Assembly: GCA_965235115.1 (NCBI GenBank)
Contig: OZ249436.1
Coordinates: 14,324,001-14,388,000, forward strand
DNA length: 64,000 nucleotides
Source of the DNA: Laetmonice hystrix
Lineage: Eukaryota
Reading direction: 5' to 3'
The position numbers were made by a program, and so were the translations under genes. Position 1 is the first letter of the stretch. The number at the start of each line of letters is the position of its first letter. Shown piece after piece: positions 1-14,000 of this stretch. Under the pieces are notes generated by a model. It was not told the origin of the DNA. It did not search any database and saw only the letters and a list, made by a program, of their open reading frames with translations.

Positions 1-492
1 TGCCTGTAAAATGTTTTTATCTAAGTAAAACAATGTGGTTGTGTGGGACACCACTCTGGAGGTCCAGCTTGACCTCCCCACTATATAAAGCCAGGAAACA
101 ACTTGTCAAATGTACAGTGAACGGTCACGTCTGAAAGTATCGCTTAGATAGACTCGGGTCTGTCTCCCATGAACTGGCTGATGGTCGGAAGGAGCTTGCA
201 TGGGTCCACGTTCGGTCGTAGTCTGGCAACACGTGCTGATGGTTCAAACACTGACAGTATGATGAGTCACTTAGTGTCCACTTGGAGGCGGGAGGGTGCA
301 AGCCTGAGAAAAGTGCGACATGACTCTTCTAAAGGGATGTAGCAATACAACCCGTTCCCCGTCAGTGGGTCGATCTGTGGCATGGTTCCGAATGGCGGCT
401 ATCATTGGGTTATCACGTGTTGTCTCAGACGCCAGATCTTCGAACGGTAGGATGAACGAATCTAGTCGACTAAGACCAAATTCGCTTTTTTT

Positions 493-571
<79 letters not shown>

Positions 572-1297
572 CCTCTCTCTCTCTTTCTGTGCATCCCTCT
601 GCCTCTCCCCCATATCTCTCTTTCTCCCTCCCTCTCGCCCTCCCCCATATCTTTCCTTTCCCCTCTCTCTCTCTCTCACCCTCTCTCTCTTTCTCCCTCT
701 CTCTCTGTTGCCCTCTTTATCGCTCCTTCCCTTCTGTCTGTCTCTCTCTCTCTATCTCTCTCTCACTTACATTCTATACTACCACTACTATGCACGGCGC
801 ACCGAAGCAGACCTGGCTGGGAGGATCCCCTTTTGTTCAAAATGAAATGAAAAAAGTTGAAAATACATTTACACGCCTTCTCCGGCCTTTTCTTTTACCG
901 GTGCCAAATTTTATAACTTGCGAGCCTACGCATTATTAGCAGCACGTTAAGCACACATTTCACACAAAGACATCAATAACTATCCCGTCATGGGGAGACT
1001 ATACATACATTGTACGCCGGAATCATACAACTAGTCAGGTATATCACAGGAGGAGGGGGAGGAGATTTTTCAGTCGGAAACTAGGTTATTAGGGAGAAAT
1101 GTTCGGTGTGACAAAAGTGGGCACAGTGCATGGTGCATGACAGTCCGTAAATTATGAATGAAGTGGTGCCCTCGATAACGACAAAAGTGGGCTATTTTGG
1201 GACAAAAGCGGTTACCTGTGACAAAGGTGGGCATTGTGTGCGACAAAAGTGGTGACCTGTGACAAAAGCGGTAAAAATGACAAAAGTGGTTGCTACA
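1..1297. mobile_element. Right part of a non-autonomous TIR element (copy 1), including a (CT)n tract
   Basis: Nearly identical to 3122-4406; ends ...gacaaaagtggttgctaca. Confidence 0.75.
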
Positions 1298-3613
1298 GAC
1301 GACCTGACAACGTTGTCGGACGCTCCCAGATGGTCTGTAGGGGACACAGATTAGATGGGAGTAGATGATAGACGAAACGTATGGCCTGCCTCCTGGACAA
1401 TAAAGGCATGGAAACATTAAACATGATGCGTCCCTATACTACTGGCTACTCTTGTATACAAGCAAACGGTACAGGGAGGTCAAACAGTACAGGGATGAAT
1501 CGCTACGAGGTATAATGGCTGGCCTAGCACCCAAGCGAACACTACAGTGAGGCCAAAGAGTACAGGGAGGCCAAACAGTATACACTGTGGGGCCAAGCAG
1601 TGTGGGAGGCCAATCAGAAGAGTGAGAAATCCCTACATCTTACCGGCTGGCCTTCTAGCCATGCAAACACTACAGTGAGGTAGTGCAAATGAAAGGTACA
1701 GGCGAGGAGCATCTAATGTTAAAATCTGGAGAAGATACTCAAATGGGAAGTGTACACATCACAACCATTTATCTGTAGCGAACGTACGAGACCTATACGT
1801 TTGACAGTTATACATCTGGCCTAAGAATCATAATTTTTGGGGGCGTAGTTTCAATTTGACGTATCAAAAATGTAGCCATTTTTCGCTTATCATTGCTTTA
1901 ACCTGTCTCTCGCCTCAGAGCCACAGGTGCTGCCAGCCCGGCCAGATGTACGTGGTGATTCCACCGCTGGCCGGAAGTCGGCAGTGCAGTCGCAGCGGCC
2001 GCCCCCCCCCCCCGTTCAGTGGAGCTGCGCTGCACCCTGGTGGTTTCTGCCTGCAACATCTCTGTGTAATCTTTCTTGGTTTGTTTGTTACTTGGGGATG
2101 GGATATCTGATATAGAAAAGGCGTACAAGGTCATTTGCCATTGTTAACTAAACCTTTACGGCAAACAGCCATTGGGACGACTGTAGCAACCACTTTTGTC
2201 ATTTTTACCTCTTTTGTCACAGGTCACCACTTTTGTCACACAAAATGCCCACTTTTGTCACAGGTCACCACTTTTGTCACAACGTCGCCCACTTTTGTCG
2301 TTCTTAAGGACATCACTTTAGACATAATTTTTTGACCGGTTTTGTTAAACTTGTCAAGGCCAAAAAAGACAGCGTAGCAGAAATGAGATGGTTTACGGAT
2401 AACAGATCCATGAAGTCTGGGGCACATATTGCATTAGTTGATATTAAAACTTGTACTCCTTCATGAACAAACAATTAACCATTGGGCATAATTTATGGCA
2501 TTACTGTATGAAAGCAAGCAAGATCTGTGTAGTAAATAGAGTAGGTGAAAGCTATGCCAGAAAACGCACTCCTCTAATAAAGTCTTGTGCTGTAAATACC
2601 AGGTAGTATTTTCTATTGTCCAGGTTTGTTTGTCACACCTCAAGCCGGCGACTCTGTACGTCAGTCAGTTACAGTCAACAGTTTTACCTGTAGACAGTAT
2701 GACACCGCCAGACATGCTTGGTTGTACACCTTGTTTTCATTTGGACAGACAGGACGGTGGAAATGGTGTCTTGATTAATGTGAAATATGTTCTACCTGTA
2801 AAACCTTCTGATGTTTAAGTCGGCGTTCACTTATATTGCTTTGTGGTAAAGAACACACTAAAATACAGCCATGTAAGCAATTGGTTTTGGAGGTGAGATC
2901 CTAATTTGTATATAAATGACTGTAACTATGTTGACCTTGACGTTGGGTGACGACTGTCGTATGCAGAACGTCGGTGTCACGTGCCTCATTGTCCATGGTG
3001 CCCTGATTTTATCATTTTTATTAATATGTTTTAATGAAATCAACTGGCAGGAATAAACTATGGATGGTCCCCCTATTTTTAGTGCTACAGACGGGATCTA
3101 CACCTCCAGGGCTTTGGTTGTTGCCTGTAAAATGTTTTTATCTAAGTAAAACAATGTGGTTGTGTGGGACACCACTCTGGAGGTCCAGCTTGACCTCCCC
3201 ACTATATAAAGCCAGGAAACAACTTGTCAAATGTACAGTGAACGGTCACGTCTGAAAGTATCGCTTAGATAGACTCGGGTCTGTCTCCCATGAACTGGCT
3301 GATGGTCGGAAGGAGCTTGCATGGGTCCACGTTCGGTCGTAGTCTGGCAACACGTGCTGATGGTTCAAACACTGACAGTATGATGAGTCACTTAGTGTCC
3401 ACTTGGAGGCGGGAGGGTGCAAGCCTGAGAAAAGTGCGACATGACTCTTCTAAAGGGATGTAGCAATACAACCCGTTCCCCGTCAGTGGGTCGATCTGTG
3501 GCATGGTTCCGAATGGCGGCTATCATTGGGTTATCACGTGTTGTCTCAGACGCCAGATCTTCGAACGGTAGGATGAACGAATCTAGTCGACTAAGACCAA
3601 ATTCGCTTTTTTT

Positions 3614-3676
<63 letters not shown>

Positions 3677-6560
3677 CCTCCCTCTCTCTCTCTCTCTGTG
3701 CATCCCTCTGCCTCTCCCCCATATCTCTCTTTCTCCCTCCCTCTCGCCCTCCCCCATATCTTTCCTTTCCCCTCTCTCTCTCTCTCACCCTCTCTCTCTT
3801 TCTCCCTCTCTCTCTGTTGCCCTCTTTATCTCTCCTTCCCTTCTGTCTGTCTCTCTCTCTCTATCTCTCTCTCACTTACATTCTATACTACCACTACTAT
3901 GCACGGCGCACCGAAGCAGACCTGGCTGGAAGGATCCCCTTTTGTTCAAAATGAAATGAAAAAAGTTGAAAATACATTTACACGCCTTCTCCGGCCTTTT
4001 CTTTTACCGGTGCCAAATTTTATAACTTGCGAGCCTACGCATTATTAGCAGCACGTTAAGCACACATTTCACACAAAGACATCAATAACTATCCCGTCAT
4101 GGGGAGACTATACATACATTGTACGCCGGAATCATACAACTAGTCAGGTATATCACAGGAGGAGGGGGAGGAGATTTTTCAGTCGGAAACTAGGTTATTA
4201 GGGAGAAATGTTCGGTGTGACAAAAGTGGGCACAGTGCATGGTGCATGACAGTCCGTAAATTATGAATGAAGTGGTGCCCTCGATAACGACAAAAGTGGG
4301 CTATTTTGGGACAAAAGCGGTTACCTGTGACAAAGGTGGGCATTGTGTGCGACAAAAGTGGTGACCTGTGACAAAAGCGGTAAAAATGACAAAAGTGGTT
4401 GCTACAGACGACCTGACAACGTTGTCGGACGCTCCCAGATGGTCTGTAGGGGACACAGATTAGATGGGAGTAGATGATAGACGAAACGTATGGCCTGCCT
4501 CCTGGACAATAAAGGCATGGAAACATTAAACATGATGCGTCCCTATACTACTGGCTACTCTTGTATACAAGCAAACGGTACAGGGAGGTCAAACAGTACA
4601 GGGATGAATCGCTACGAGGTATAATGGCTGACCTAGCACCCAAGCGAACACTACAATGAGGCCAAAGAGTACAGGGAGGCCAAACAGTATACACTGTGGG
4701 GCCAAGCAGTGTGGGAGGCCAATCAGAAGAGTGAGAAATCCCTACATCTTACCGGCTGGCCTTCTAGCCATGCAAACACTACAGTGAGGTAGTGCAAATG
4801 AAAGGTACAGGCGAGGAGCATCTAATGTTAAAATCTGGAGAAGATACTCAAATGGGAAGTGTACACATCACAACCATTTATCTGTAGCGAACGTACGAGA
4901 CCTATACGTTTGACAGTTATACATCTGGCCTAAGAATCATAATTTTGGGGGGCGTAGTTTCAATTTGACGTATCAAAAATGTAGCCATTTTTCGCTTATC
5001 ATTGCTTTAACCTGTCTCTCGCCTCAGAGCCACAGGTGCTGCCAGCCCGGCCAGATGTACGTGGTGATTCCACCGCTGGCCGGAAGTCGGCAGTGCAGTC
5101 GCAGCGGCCGCCCCCCCCCCCCCGTTCAGTGGAGCTGCGCTGCACCCTGGTGGTTTCTGCCTGCAACATCTCTGTGTAATCTTTCTTGGTTTGTTTGTTA
5201 CTTGGGGATGGGATATCTGATATAGAAAAGGCGTACAAGGTCATTTGCAATTGTTAACTAAACCTTTACGGCAAACAGCCATTGGGACGACCTGACAACG
5301 TTGTCGGACGCTCACAGGTGGTCTGTAGGGGACACAGATTAGATGGGAGTAGATGATAGACGAAACGTATGACCTGCCTCCTGGACAATAAAGGCATGGA
5401 AACATTAAACATGAGGCGTCCCTATACTACTGGCTACTCTTGTATACAAGCAAACGGTACAGGGAGGTCAAACAGTACAGGGATGAATCGCTACGAGGTA
5501 TAATGGCTGGCCTAGCACCCAAGCGAACACTACAGTGAGGCCAAAGAGTACAGTGAGGTCAAACAGTATACACTGTGGGGCCAAGCAGTGTGGGAGGCCA
5601 ATCAGAAGAGTGAGAAATACCTACATCTTACCGGCTGGCCTTCTAGCCATGCAAACACTACAGTGAGTTAGTGGAAATGAAAGGTACAGGCGAGGAGCAT
5701 CTAATGTTAAAATCTGGAGAAGATACTCGAATGGGAAGTGTACACATCACAACCATTTATCTGTAGCGAACGTACGAGACCTATACGTTTGACAGTTATA
5801 CATCTGGCCTAAGAATCATAATTTTTGGGGGCGTAGTTTCAATTTGACGTATCAAAAATGTAGCCATTTTTCGCTTATCGTTGCTTTAAACTGTCTCTCG
5901 CCTAAGAGCCACAGGTGCTGCCAGCCCGGCCAGGGGTACGTGGTGATTCCACCGCTTGCCGGAAGGCGGCAGTGCAGTCAGCGCCGCCGCCGCCGCTTCA
6001 GTGGAGCTGCGCTGCACCCTGGTGTTTTCTGCCTGCAACATCTGTGTGTCATCTTTCTTTCTTTGTTTGTTACTTGGGGATGGGATATCTGATATAGAAA
6101 AGGCGTACAACGTCATTTGCCATTGTTAACTAAACCTTGACGGCAAACAGTCATTGGGACGACCTGACAACGTTGTCGGATGCTTACAGATGGTCTGTAG
6201 GGGACACAGATTAGATGGGAGTAGACGAGACGTATGCCTCCTGGACAATAAAGGCATGGAAACATGAAACATGAGGCGTCCCTATACTATTGGCTACTCT
6301 TGTATACAAGCAAACGGTACAGGAAGGCCAAACAGTACAGGAAGGAATCGCTACAAGGTATACTGGCTGGCCTAGCACCCAAGCGGTGCCAACCAGTAGA
6401 GTGAGAAGTCTCTACATCTTACCGGTAGCCGGAAGGCGGCAGTGCAGTCGGAGGCGCCGCTTCAGTTCAGCACCCTGGCGTTTCCCTGCAACATCTCTGT
6501 AATCTTTTTTTACTTGGGGAGGGGATATCTGATATAGAAAAGGTGTTCATTGTACCGGCT
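1298..6560. repeat. Tandem array of an ~880-bp unit (1298-2181, 4407-5290, ~5291-6162, deleted copy ~6163-6560), interrupted by the TIR element
   Basis: Direct near-identity of units starting gacgacctgacaacgttgtcgga. Confidence 0.9.
2182..4406. mobile_element. Non-autonomous TIR DNA element of about 2.2 kb (copy 2)
   Basis: Termini tgtagcaaccacttttgtc...gacaaaagtggttgctaca with subterminal ACAAAAGTGG repeats; GACGAC duplicated at both flanks relative to the empty site at ~5285. Confidence 0.8.
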
Positions 6561-7044
6561 AAAGGGGTGAATTCGAGGAAAATATTCGCGCCGTGAACGC
6601 CCAAGGGCGTCCCCACGGACGTTCTCCACAAGCTCCATGTTGTTAGCCATGTGGCCTGCCCCAAGACAAACAGAAGAGTGCGCACCAATCGACCATAACG
6701 ATATTTTTACGATAAAATGGTACCTCTGACCACTGTTGACTTGAACAGCCAAATAAATTCATCGGGGGATGAACCGAAGTTCTGTTGTGATACCTCTTCA
6801 CCTGCATTTAGAAGAAACTACTTTTGTAATATGATTGAAGAGACCAATTTTGAAGTAATTTGACTCCATCAAATGGGATAATTCATAATTTGAATGATGT
6901 CGACCATATGTCCTAAAAAATTAAATTTTAACAAAAGACAACAATCATATATCTATCCTTTTTATTCTTTTCAATAATACATTTTTTGTTCACTGTTATG
7001 AACGTAAGATTGTACTCTACAAAGCTTTAGAAGTGGGACCAATT

Positions 7045-7982
7045 CAGGGTTCCCACAGGGGGCTATATTAAAATGTTTTTTCCAGAAACAAATCTCCAAA
7101 TTTCATGACCAATACACTAAAATCCCAGAATTGTCCCCCGGTACGTCGTGGAACTTTAAATATATGCCTAACAGAAACAAAAAGGGGGTACTCCCCCTTG
7201 ATAACTTCCCTACGAAATCTTTGGACAGGGGTTCGGTTAAGGTCAGGTATAGGGACAGGGCAGGGCCAGATCCGGGGGGGGGGGGGGGGGTTGTGGGGGT
7301 TGCAACCCCCCCTTAGAAATCAAAAAAAAAAAAGAAAGAAAAAAGAAAGAAAAAAGAAAAGGAAACAAAGGTGCCAAATGTTCGTCCTCCAGCCCAGGAA
7401 CCACAGTGTGAATCTAGAATCTAAAATGATAAGTAGCCTAACCTTATACAGGTATATTTAATAAAATAATAATAATTTCGGACTTGACGACTGCAACCCC
7501 CCCCCCCCTTGAAAAAAAACCCTGGGTCCGGCCCCTCAGGGATATGTTTTTGGGAGGTGTTGGGGCCGGGGTCAGTGGTAAGGTCAGGGCTATGGATCTT
7601 TACTTTCGACCAAATTTCGTGTAGGTTAAGTTATCATGGGCGATGTACCCCAAAATGGGGGTTACGGGTACATCCCTCGTGGTAACTTAAAAGCCATCAA
7701 ATTTGGTCAGAAGTAAAGATCCCTAACCCTGACCTTATCCCTAACCGCGGTCCCTACACCTCCCAACGACAAAATATTCTTATCCCTATCCCTGACCTTA
7801 ACTCGAGCCCCTGGAGTCTGGAAGTTACCAATAGGGAATAACCGGGTTGAGAGAAATCTTAAATTCTATGGCTTTTTCATGACTTTCCTTCATTTTCCTA
7901 TTTTCCATTACTTTTCCTGGTCTAGAAAACCAAATTCCATTTTCAATGATTTTCAAAACATTTCATGACCGTGGGAACCCTG
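7045..7982. mobile_element. MITE with nested smaller MITEs
   Basis: Termini cagggttcccac...gtgggaaccctg. The internal ggggta...ataactt/aagttat...tacccc element family recurs at ~36570-36770 and ~45723-45923. Confidence 0.6.
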
Positions 7983-8000
7983 AAATTAGGAGAGAGATAG

Positions 8001-8420
8001 TTATTGTTAGGGTCTGCATTATACAATTAGATTTTCTGTACAATCTGTACAATCAGAAATATTTATTGTTAGGATCTGCAGTACACAATTAGATTTTCTG
8101 TACAATCAGAAATATTTATTGTTAGGATCTGCAGTACACAATTAGATTTTCTGTACAATCAGAAATATTTATTGTTAGGATCTGCAGTACACAATTAGAT
8201 TTTCTGTACAGTCAGAAACATTTATTGTTAGGATCTGCAGTACACAATTAGATTTTCTGTACAATCAGAAACATTTATTGTCAGGATCTGCAGTATATAA
8301 TTCGATTTCCTGTACAAGCAGAAACATTTGTTAGGATCTGCAGTACACAATTAGATTTCCTGTACAAGCAGAAACATTTATTGTTAGATCTGCAGTATAC
8401 CATTTCATTATCTGTACAAT
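8001..8420. repeat. Minisatellite, ~53-bp unit
   Basis: agaaatatttattgttaggatctgcagtacacaattagattttctgtacaatc, about 7-8 copies. Confidence 0.9.
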
Positions 8421-9959
8421 CAATATATAATGGACGAAGCTTGGACGGACAGTCATAAGGCCTCACGGGTAATGATTCGGTAGGCATAATGGTGTCTCAA
8501 GTATGGTAAACCTCGATACAAAGCCGGGCACGCAAAGCCCACGTCGAACTGCCCAGTAGCGCCACCTTGCGGTACTTTCGATAAACTACAATGTGTAACT
8601 CATCAGTTTCACAGCCGCTACTGGCGACGTGTGTGGATAGACTATTGACTGGACTGCTACCAAACGATTTGTGCAAGTAATGTTTTACGACTTCATTTAA
8701 AAAAACAATTACTTTAAGCCATAAGGATATGGATGAGCATTGCATATATACATGTGCTTCACTGAACTACAAATTTATTGTTCACTTGCTGAGTAGATTC
8801 TAACAGCAGTGGGTACAAAAGTAAGATGATAACCTTACAATAAGGCCGCACTATTACATTATATGACTTCAGTCACAACAGTAAAACTGCATCCTGTACG
8901 ACTCTTTCTAAAAATAAATACTTTCCTTACGATATTAGTAGTTCCATAATGTACGCGCCTACAACACAAGTCACATATTCTATCATTCTGGGACATCAGC
9001 CTATAGGCCTACCACAACACGCTATCACGGATAAACCAAAAGGATTATCATAACTCAGGGGAAGACGGGACTAGGGCATCTTCGATCTAAAAATATCCAT
9101 AGCAGCTGCATGTCTGCTCTCAGCATGTGGAACAGTGCGAGGTTTGCGCCGAGGGCAGCGAAGGATAGAACCATCGTTCTGTGAACCAAATAATTAACCG
9201 TTCAATGACCGTCAGGAATATAACATGGACTGCGGCCTGTTGGAACCCTGGTGCCTGGTGCTCGGTGTTATAAATAGTACTATATTACAGATATAGGCCT
9301 ACAACGACGAACCTGTATATTACCTATCACTTATTGTCTTATATGCCTACGTGTCGCTATCGGTTCGTCTGACTGTCACTCAGTCATCCACGTACCCGTC
9401 GTAATCATATTGCAGCATTCTAGTAAAGCAGTTCACTCATATAATTCATAAAGCTATAGCCTGCTCAGACGCCGTAAAAGTAGTGCAGATTATAAAATGT
9501 AAACTGCAAACAATATACATAATAATAATGTAGATCAATAGGACCTAGTGACTCTATGTCCGGGCGCGATCGTACATTGCTTCTAACAACAGCAGGTCGA
9601 TTATCTATGACATCTTATAAAATAACAGCTGTCTAATTTACCTTTCAACACTGCAATATAATCGTGACTGATATGCGAATATGTCCGCATCGCCGCCCCT
9701 ATATAACACAGCCATTGCCAACGATGTTACTGGCAACAAGGTAACGTGTCTACGCGTACCACGTGTCAAAGATTTGCCCCCACCAACAATCAGGACGCCA
9801 ACATATATAGCATGGTCACTGGAATGTCAGAAACATACATTACAAAAATGCTTTGAGTAAAATACACCATAATTATTGACTTATCGCTCAGGCCCGAGTT
9901 GATAGATATGGGGAAACTAATATTCCGTAGGTTTTGATTAGAAATTTCCACAAGAAACA

Positions 9960-10300
9960 AGTTTCAAAAGGACGCACACGCATCAGTCAAACAGATACAT
10001 TTCGAGGTTTCAATGAGATACACATGTAGCAGTCACTGTCAAACACTGATATATAAAGAGACGCACAAGCACCGGTCATACACAGATACATCAAGAGGTT
10101 TCAAACGACGCGCAAACACCAGTCATACACACATACATCAAGAGGTTTCAAACGACGCACAAGCACCAGTCATACACAGATACATCAAGAGGTTTCAAAC
10201 GACGCGCATGCACCAGTCATACACACATACATCAAAAGGTTTCAAACGACGCGCAAGCACCTGTCATACACACATACATCAAAAGGTTTCAAACGACGCG
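9960..10300. repeat. Minisatellite, ~47-bp unit
   Basis: catacacagatacatcaagaggtttcaaacgacgcgcaagcaccagt, about 5 good copies plus degenerate ones. Confidence 0.85.
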
Positions 10301-11015
10301 TTGGGTTGAGGTGTGACAGACTCCGGTTGCGTTTGACTGACCCAGGGAACTCTGATATAAATCATTCTCTTCATCAATTTTTTCTCAAACGGCGGCATTT
10401 CATTTCATGATCAACGTAGTCTGACAATCACAGCATAATGCGTCTAAATACAGTGCAATACAATGGCTTCGAATCCAAACAAGCAAGGTCTATTATGCCC
10501 TGTAACATGTAGGCTACTTGTACAAAGGAGACCACAAAAACTATAAAACAATGATTCTAGAAAATAGTAAATGAATGTCACTGGACCAGAACTAGGTTCT
10601 TAGTTGCAGAATTAACGATGGATACGCTTTTTGATCGCTAGTTGCACAATCTTTGATTTTCCAGCTAAAATAACCCTGCACTTTAACGTGACGTCACGAG
10701 CTTTACATGCTCCATAGCATTGAATTCCGAATCGCGCACGTGGTCGCGGTTGGTTCCTTCCCGGCGTGTGGCCAGCTCAGCCCGGGGACATCGGTGAGGG
10801 AGCCGGCCCACCCCCGCTGTACCCGGGATAAACCCTGCCCCGTCCGGCCGACCGACCGGCGGCCACTTACTACGCTGTCTCCGACCACCGTCCGTAAATT
10901 ATATACGGACACAATCTACTGCTTTCGTCCGTAAATTATATACGGACACGATCTACTGCTTCCGGCCGCTTCCCGCCCACTGACGCCGACGTCATTGTGG
11001 GGGGCGGCGTTGGAA

Positions 11016-11027
11016 TCACTGCCATAC
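11016..11027 (-). CDS. TRAF7: TRAF7 terminal coding exon (VWQ*)
   Basis: Acceptor tttcctctgacag followed by GTATGGCAGTGA; corresponds to the vertebrate C-terminus VWTC*. Confidence 0.85.
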   Translation of the reverse strand, partial: VWQ

Positions 11028-14000
11028 CTGTCAGAGGAAAACAACAAACCTATTAGCACCAAATGAAATACTTAATTAACTTAATAATATAGAGCCCATA
11101 GTTATTTTCTTCATAACAACCACTAAACATTCTCGGATTTCAACGTTGGTTTTCGATTTTGTTCTTTATTCAATTCTTTCTTCGTTGTCGCTGTGTGTTG
11201 ACCTTACAGATAATCATACTTTGACACAGATTGAGATGTTGCTGTTGTTGTTTGATGAAATGACGTCCCTGTTTAATGTCAGTACAAGAATAAGGTTGTA
11301 GAAATATTTACGTGAGCCTATTACTCCAAGGTTATTACTACTAAAGTCTTTATACAAGCAGCCTTAGAATTCGGTTGTTGGGGAAGCTGTTGGAGAGAGG
11401 TTGTACGTACCTTGACGGTGCTGTCCACGGAACCGGAGAAAAGACGGCCCTTGGAGATGGCCAGGCAGGCTACACTGCCCTGGTGGCGGACCAGGGTCTG
11501 TGTACAGATCATATTGTCCATACTCCACACCTGTCAGTAAAACAAATCACTGCTGGTTTACTGTCAACACAACCTTCACAACGACAGGGAGCAGATCAAG
11601 ACAGATATATGCGGAAACACTGCTTCCGCCCGACTAGCAAATATAGAAGTGGGCCACGATGCAGCTCGGATACGCAATACAGAAATACACCATTCCACAG
11701 AAAGATTGCAATGTCGTAACCTTGGCAACCTATATTGACGTTTTACGCGATTTATTCTACTGGTTTTGTAAACAAAGATTCGGCACTATACTTTGGTGAG
11801 AGGTTTCATAGAAATGCTCCACTGAGGCCTTGCCTACATTGTGCGACTCATTTACCGAGGAACCCCCTTATTTGTAATAAATTGTGATTAAACACCAAAG
11901 TCAAAGTCCCGTCCTTTTCCCGCCCTATATCAAAACTTAAAAAATGTTTAGGCTGGAGGATTGGCACCGATAGGTGGAGCAGCTGGAGATTTGGCACCCA
12001 TAGGTAGCGCAGTTGGAGGTTTGGCACTGACAGGTGTCTTTGAGGGCATGACCGTGTTTGCAGTCCCCACATCAATGACTTCCGCCCCATCCAACTGTAC
12101 CAAGTTCGACGAGCATTCTCTGAGAATGGGCCTCAACTAAGAGCATTGATACCCAGGCCCTTACCTCTGTTTGTACAGAGGCCGAACTCACTGAGCGGTC
12201 GAACCTCATACCTTGCTTACCCTTATAGCAGGGGTAAATGGCTTAGTGAAGGGTCCCAACACACTTTAGCCTAGGTGGGCTATCCACAGTATAGAGGAAA
12301 CCCGTGGGCAAAGATTGGGAGTGGTCCAAATGGGCCATTGAAAACATATATAGTGCCATTCCTCGGGAGAACTCTTTTCTTTCCCCTGTGTTCGCTACGG
12401 GATCAATGGCTTAGTGAAGGATCCCAGCACACTCTAGCCTAGGTGGGCTATCCACAGTATAGAGGAAACCCGTGGGCAAAGATTGGGAGTGGTCCAAATG
12501 GGCCATTGAAAACGGATTACCCCCGCTAGCCCCCCGCCCGCTAGCCCCCCGTTTAGACAAGGCCGAAGGTGTGAGAAATCTGTGCCGGTAGCCCCCCGCT
12601 CGGCTGTTCCACTCCCTAACACTACCCCCCCCCCCCCCCACACACACACACACCACTGAGGCGTGGACGGAGTTAGGTGGGGGGGGGGTCAACGGCGGGA
12701 CTTGGCGGTTCGATGCAGGCAGGTCAGCCAGCCCCAAAAAGAAAGAAAATTTGTCGCTTGCCTTTTAGTTATCCCTTAACAAAGAACTATACATTACAAT
12801 GCAAGTTCGTTGCCCTTACCATCCCTGACCAAAAGCGGATCCAGAGGGGGGCACAGGGGGCACGTGGCCCCTAGCTTTAGCTTCACCAATTATAGGCCTA
12901 CACGGCTATAGCCTACTCATTTTTAATTAATTTTAACACTATGTAGGCCTATACCTCTAAAACTATCATTCAAGAGTATGAGCTTTAATTAGTGATGCAA
13001 ACAGTCATGAATTGCTTTTCTGTGCCGCCCCCCCCCCCCTTTAGTGAAATCCTGGATCCGCCAGTGCTGACCGCTGACCACCCCAAATCCCATTAGGGGG
13101 TAGTGTCTGATAGTGGAACAGCCGAGCGGGGGGCTAGCGGCACAGATTTCCCTCACCCTCGGCCCTGTCTAAACGGGGGGCTAGCGGGCGGGGGGCTAGC
13201 GGGATGATACCTTGAAAACATGGGCCATATGGGCCACTCCCAATCTTTGCCCACGGGTTTCTTTGCCCACAAGGTGCACTCAACCTTTACTCGCAAAGAG
13301 ACTCTACTTTAAATGTGAATGAGGTCGCTGAAAGCTAATGAATGTTTCGTCGACCTCTCACTCATTTAGTATAACCTGACACTAACTAAGTGTTAGTGCT
13401 CACTCACATTCACTTAGTGTGAGTGGCGTTTCTGAAGTCACAGACACAAAAGGTACGCTAGGGCAGGAAGCAGGTTAGGCGCCGTTCTTACCGCGCCCCA
13501 TGAAATAACCTGATGCAATAATTCATTTTACCTTACTACTTATAGTACTTCTGCTGGGCTCATGGAGTTACAATGTGGCAATATTACAATACAATTATGT
13601 TACAATATGGCATATTCATTTACTATGAGGGGGGGGGGGGTCGCTATTTGCCCGAGTATCATGTCAGCTAGGTAGGCATCTGCCGTGCTGTTCGCGTCCG
13701 CCATAAACTCCCTTCATCACGAAAAAAATCAACGGTCGGGGAAGAACCGCTCGTGCCGTCTGTATAAACGTCAGGATAATTTTAGGCCTACATGCCTTTC
13801 TCACGCACACGTGTCCCAGCTGACCCTGGTCCAAACACTAATTGATTGCAATCTTATCGTAGCCCCCAGGGGACCCATAAAAACTCCACATCTCAAGAGG
13901 TCAAAACGTAAAACAAATTAGTTTATTTCGCTCTGATAAGATCTTGGTATCACAGAATGTCAGTGGTACCATCCTCGCCCCCGCTCAGTATCACAGACTA

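Noticed and set aside
271..939. ORFs with (ER)n or (LS)n runs, duplicated at 3392-4048
   Set aside because: These are translations of a (CT)n microsatellite inside a non-autonomous element.
1826..1860. Sm-site-like AATTTTTGG and tRNA-like GGGGGCGTAG in the 880-bp tandem unit (possible snRNA, SL RNA or tRNA array)
   Set aside because: No cloverleaf, B box or recognisable snRNA body, and the motif varies between copies.
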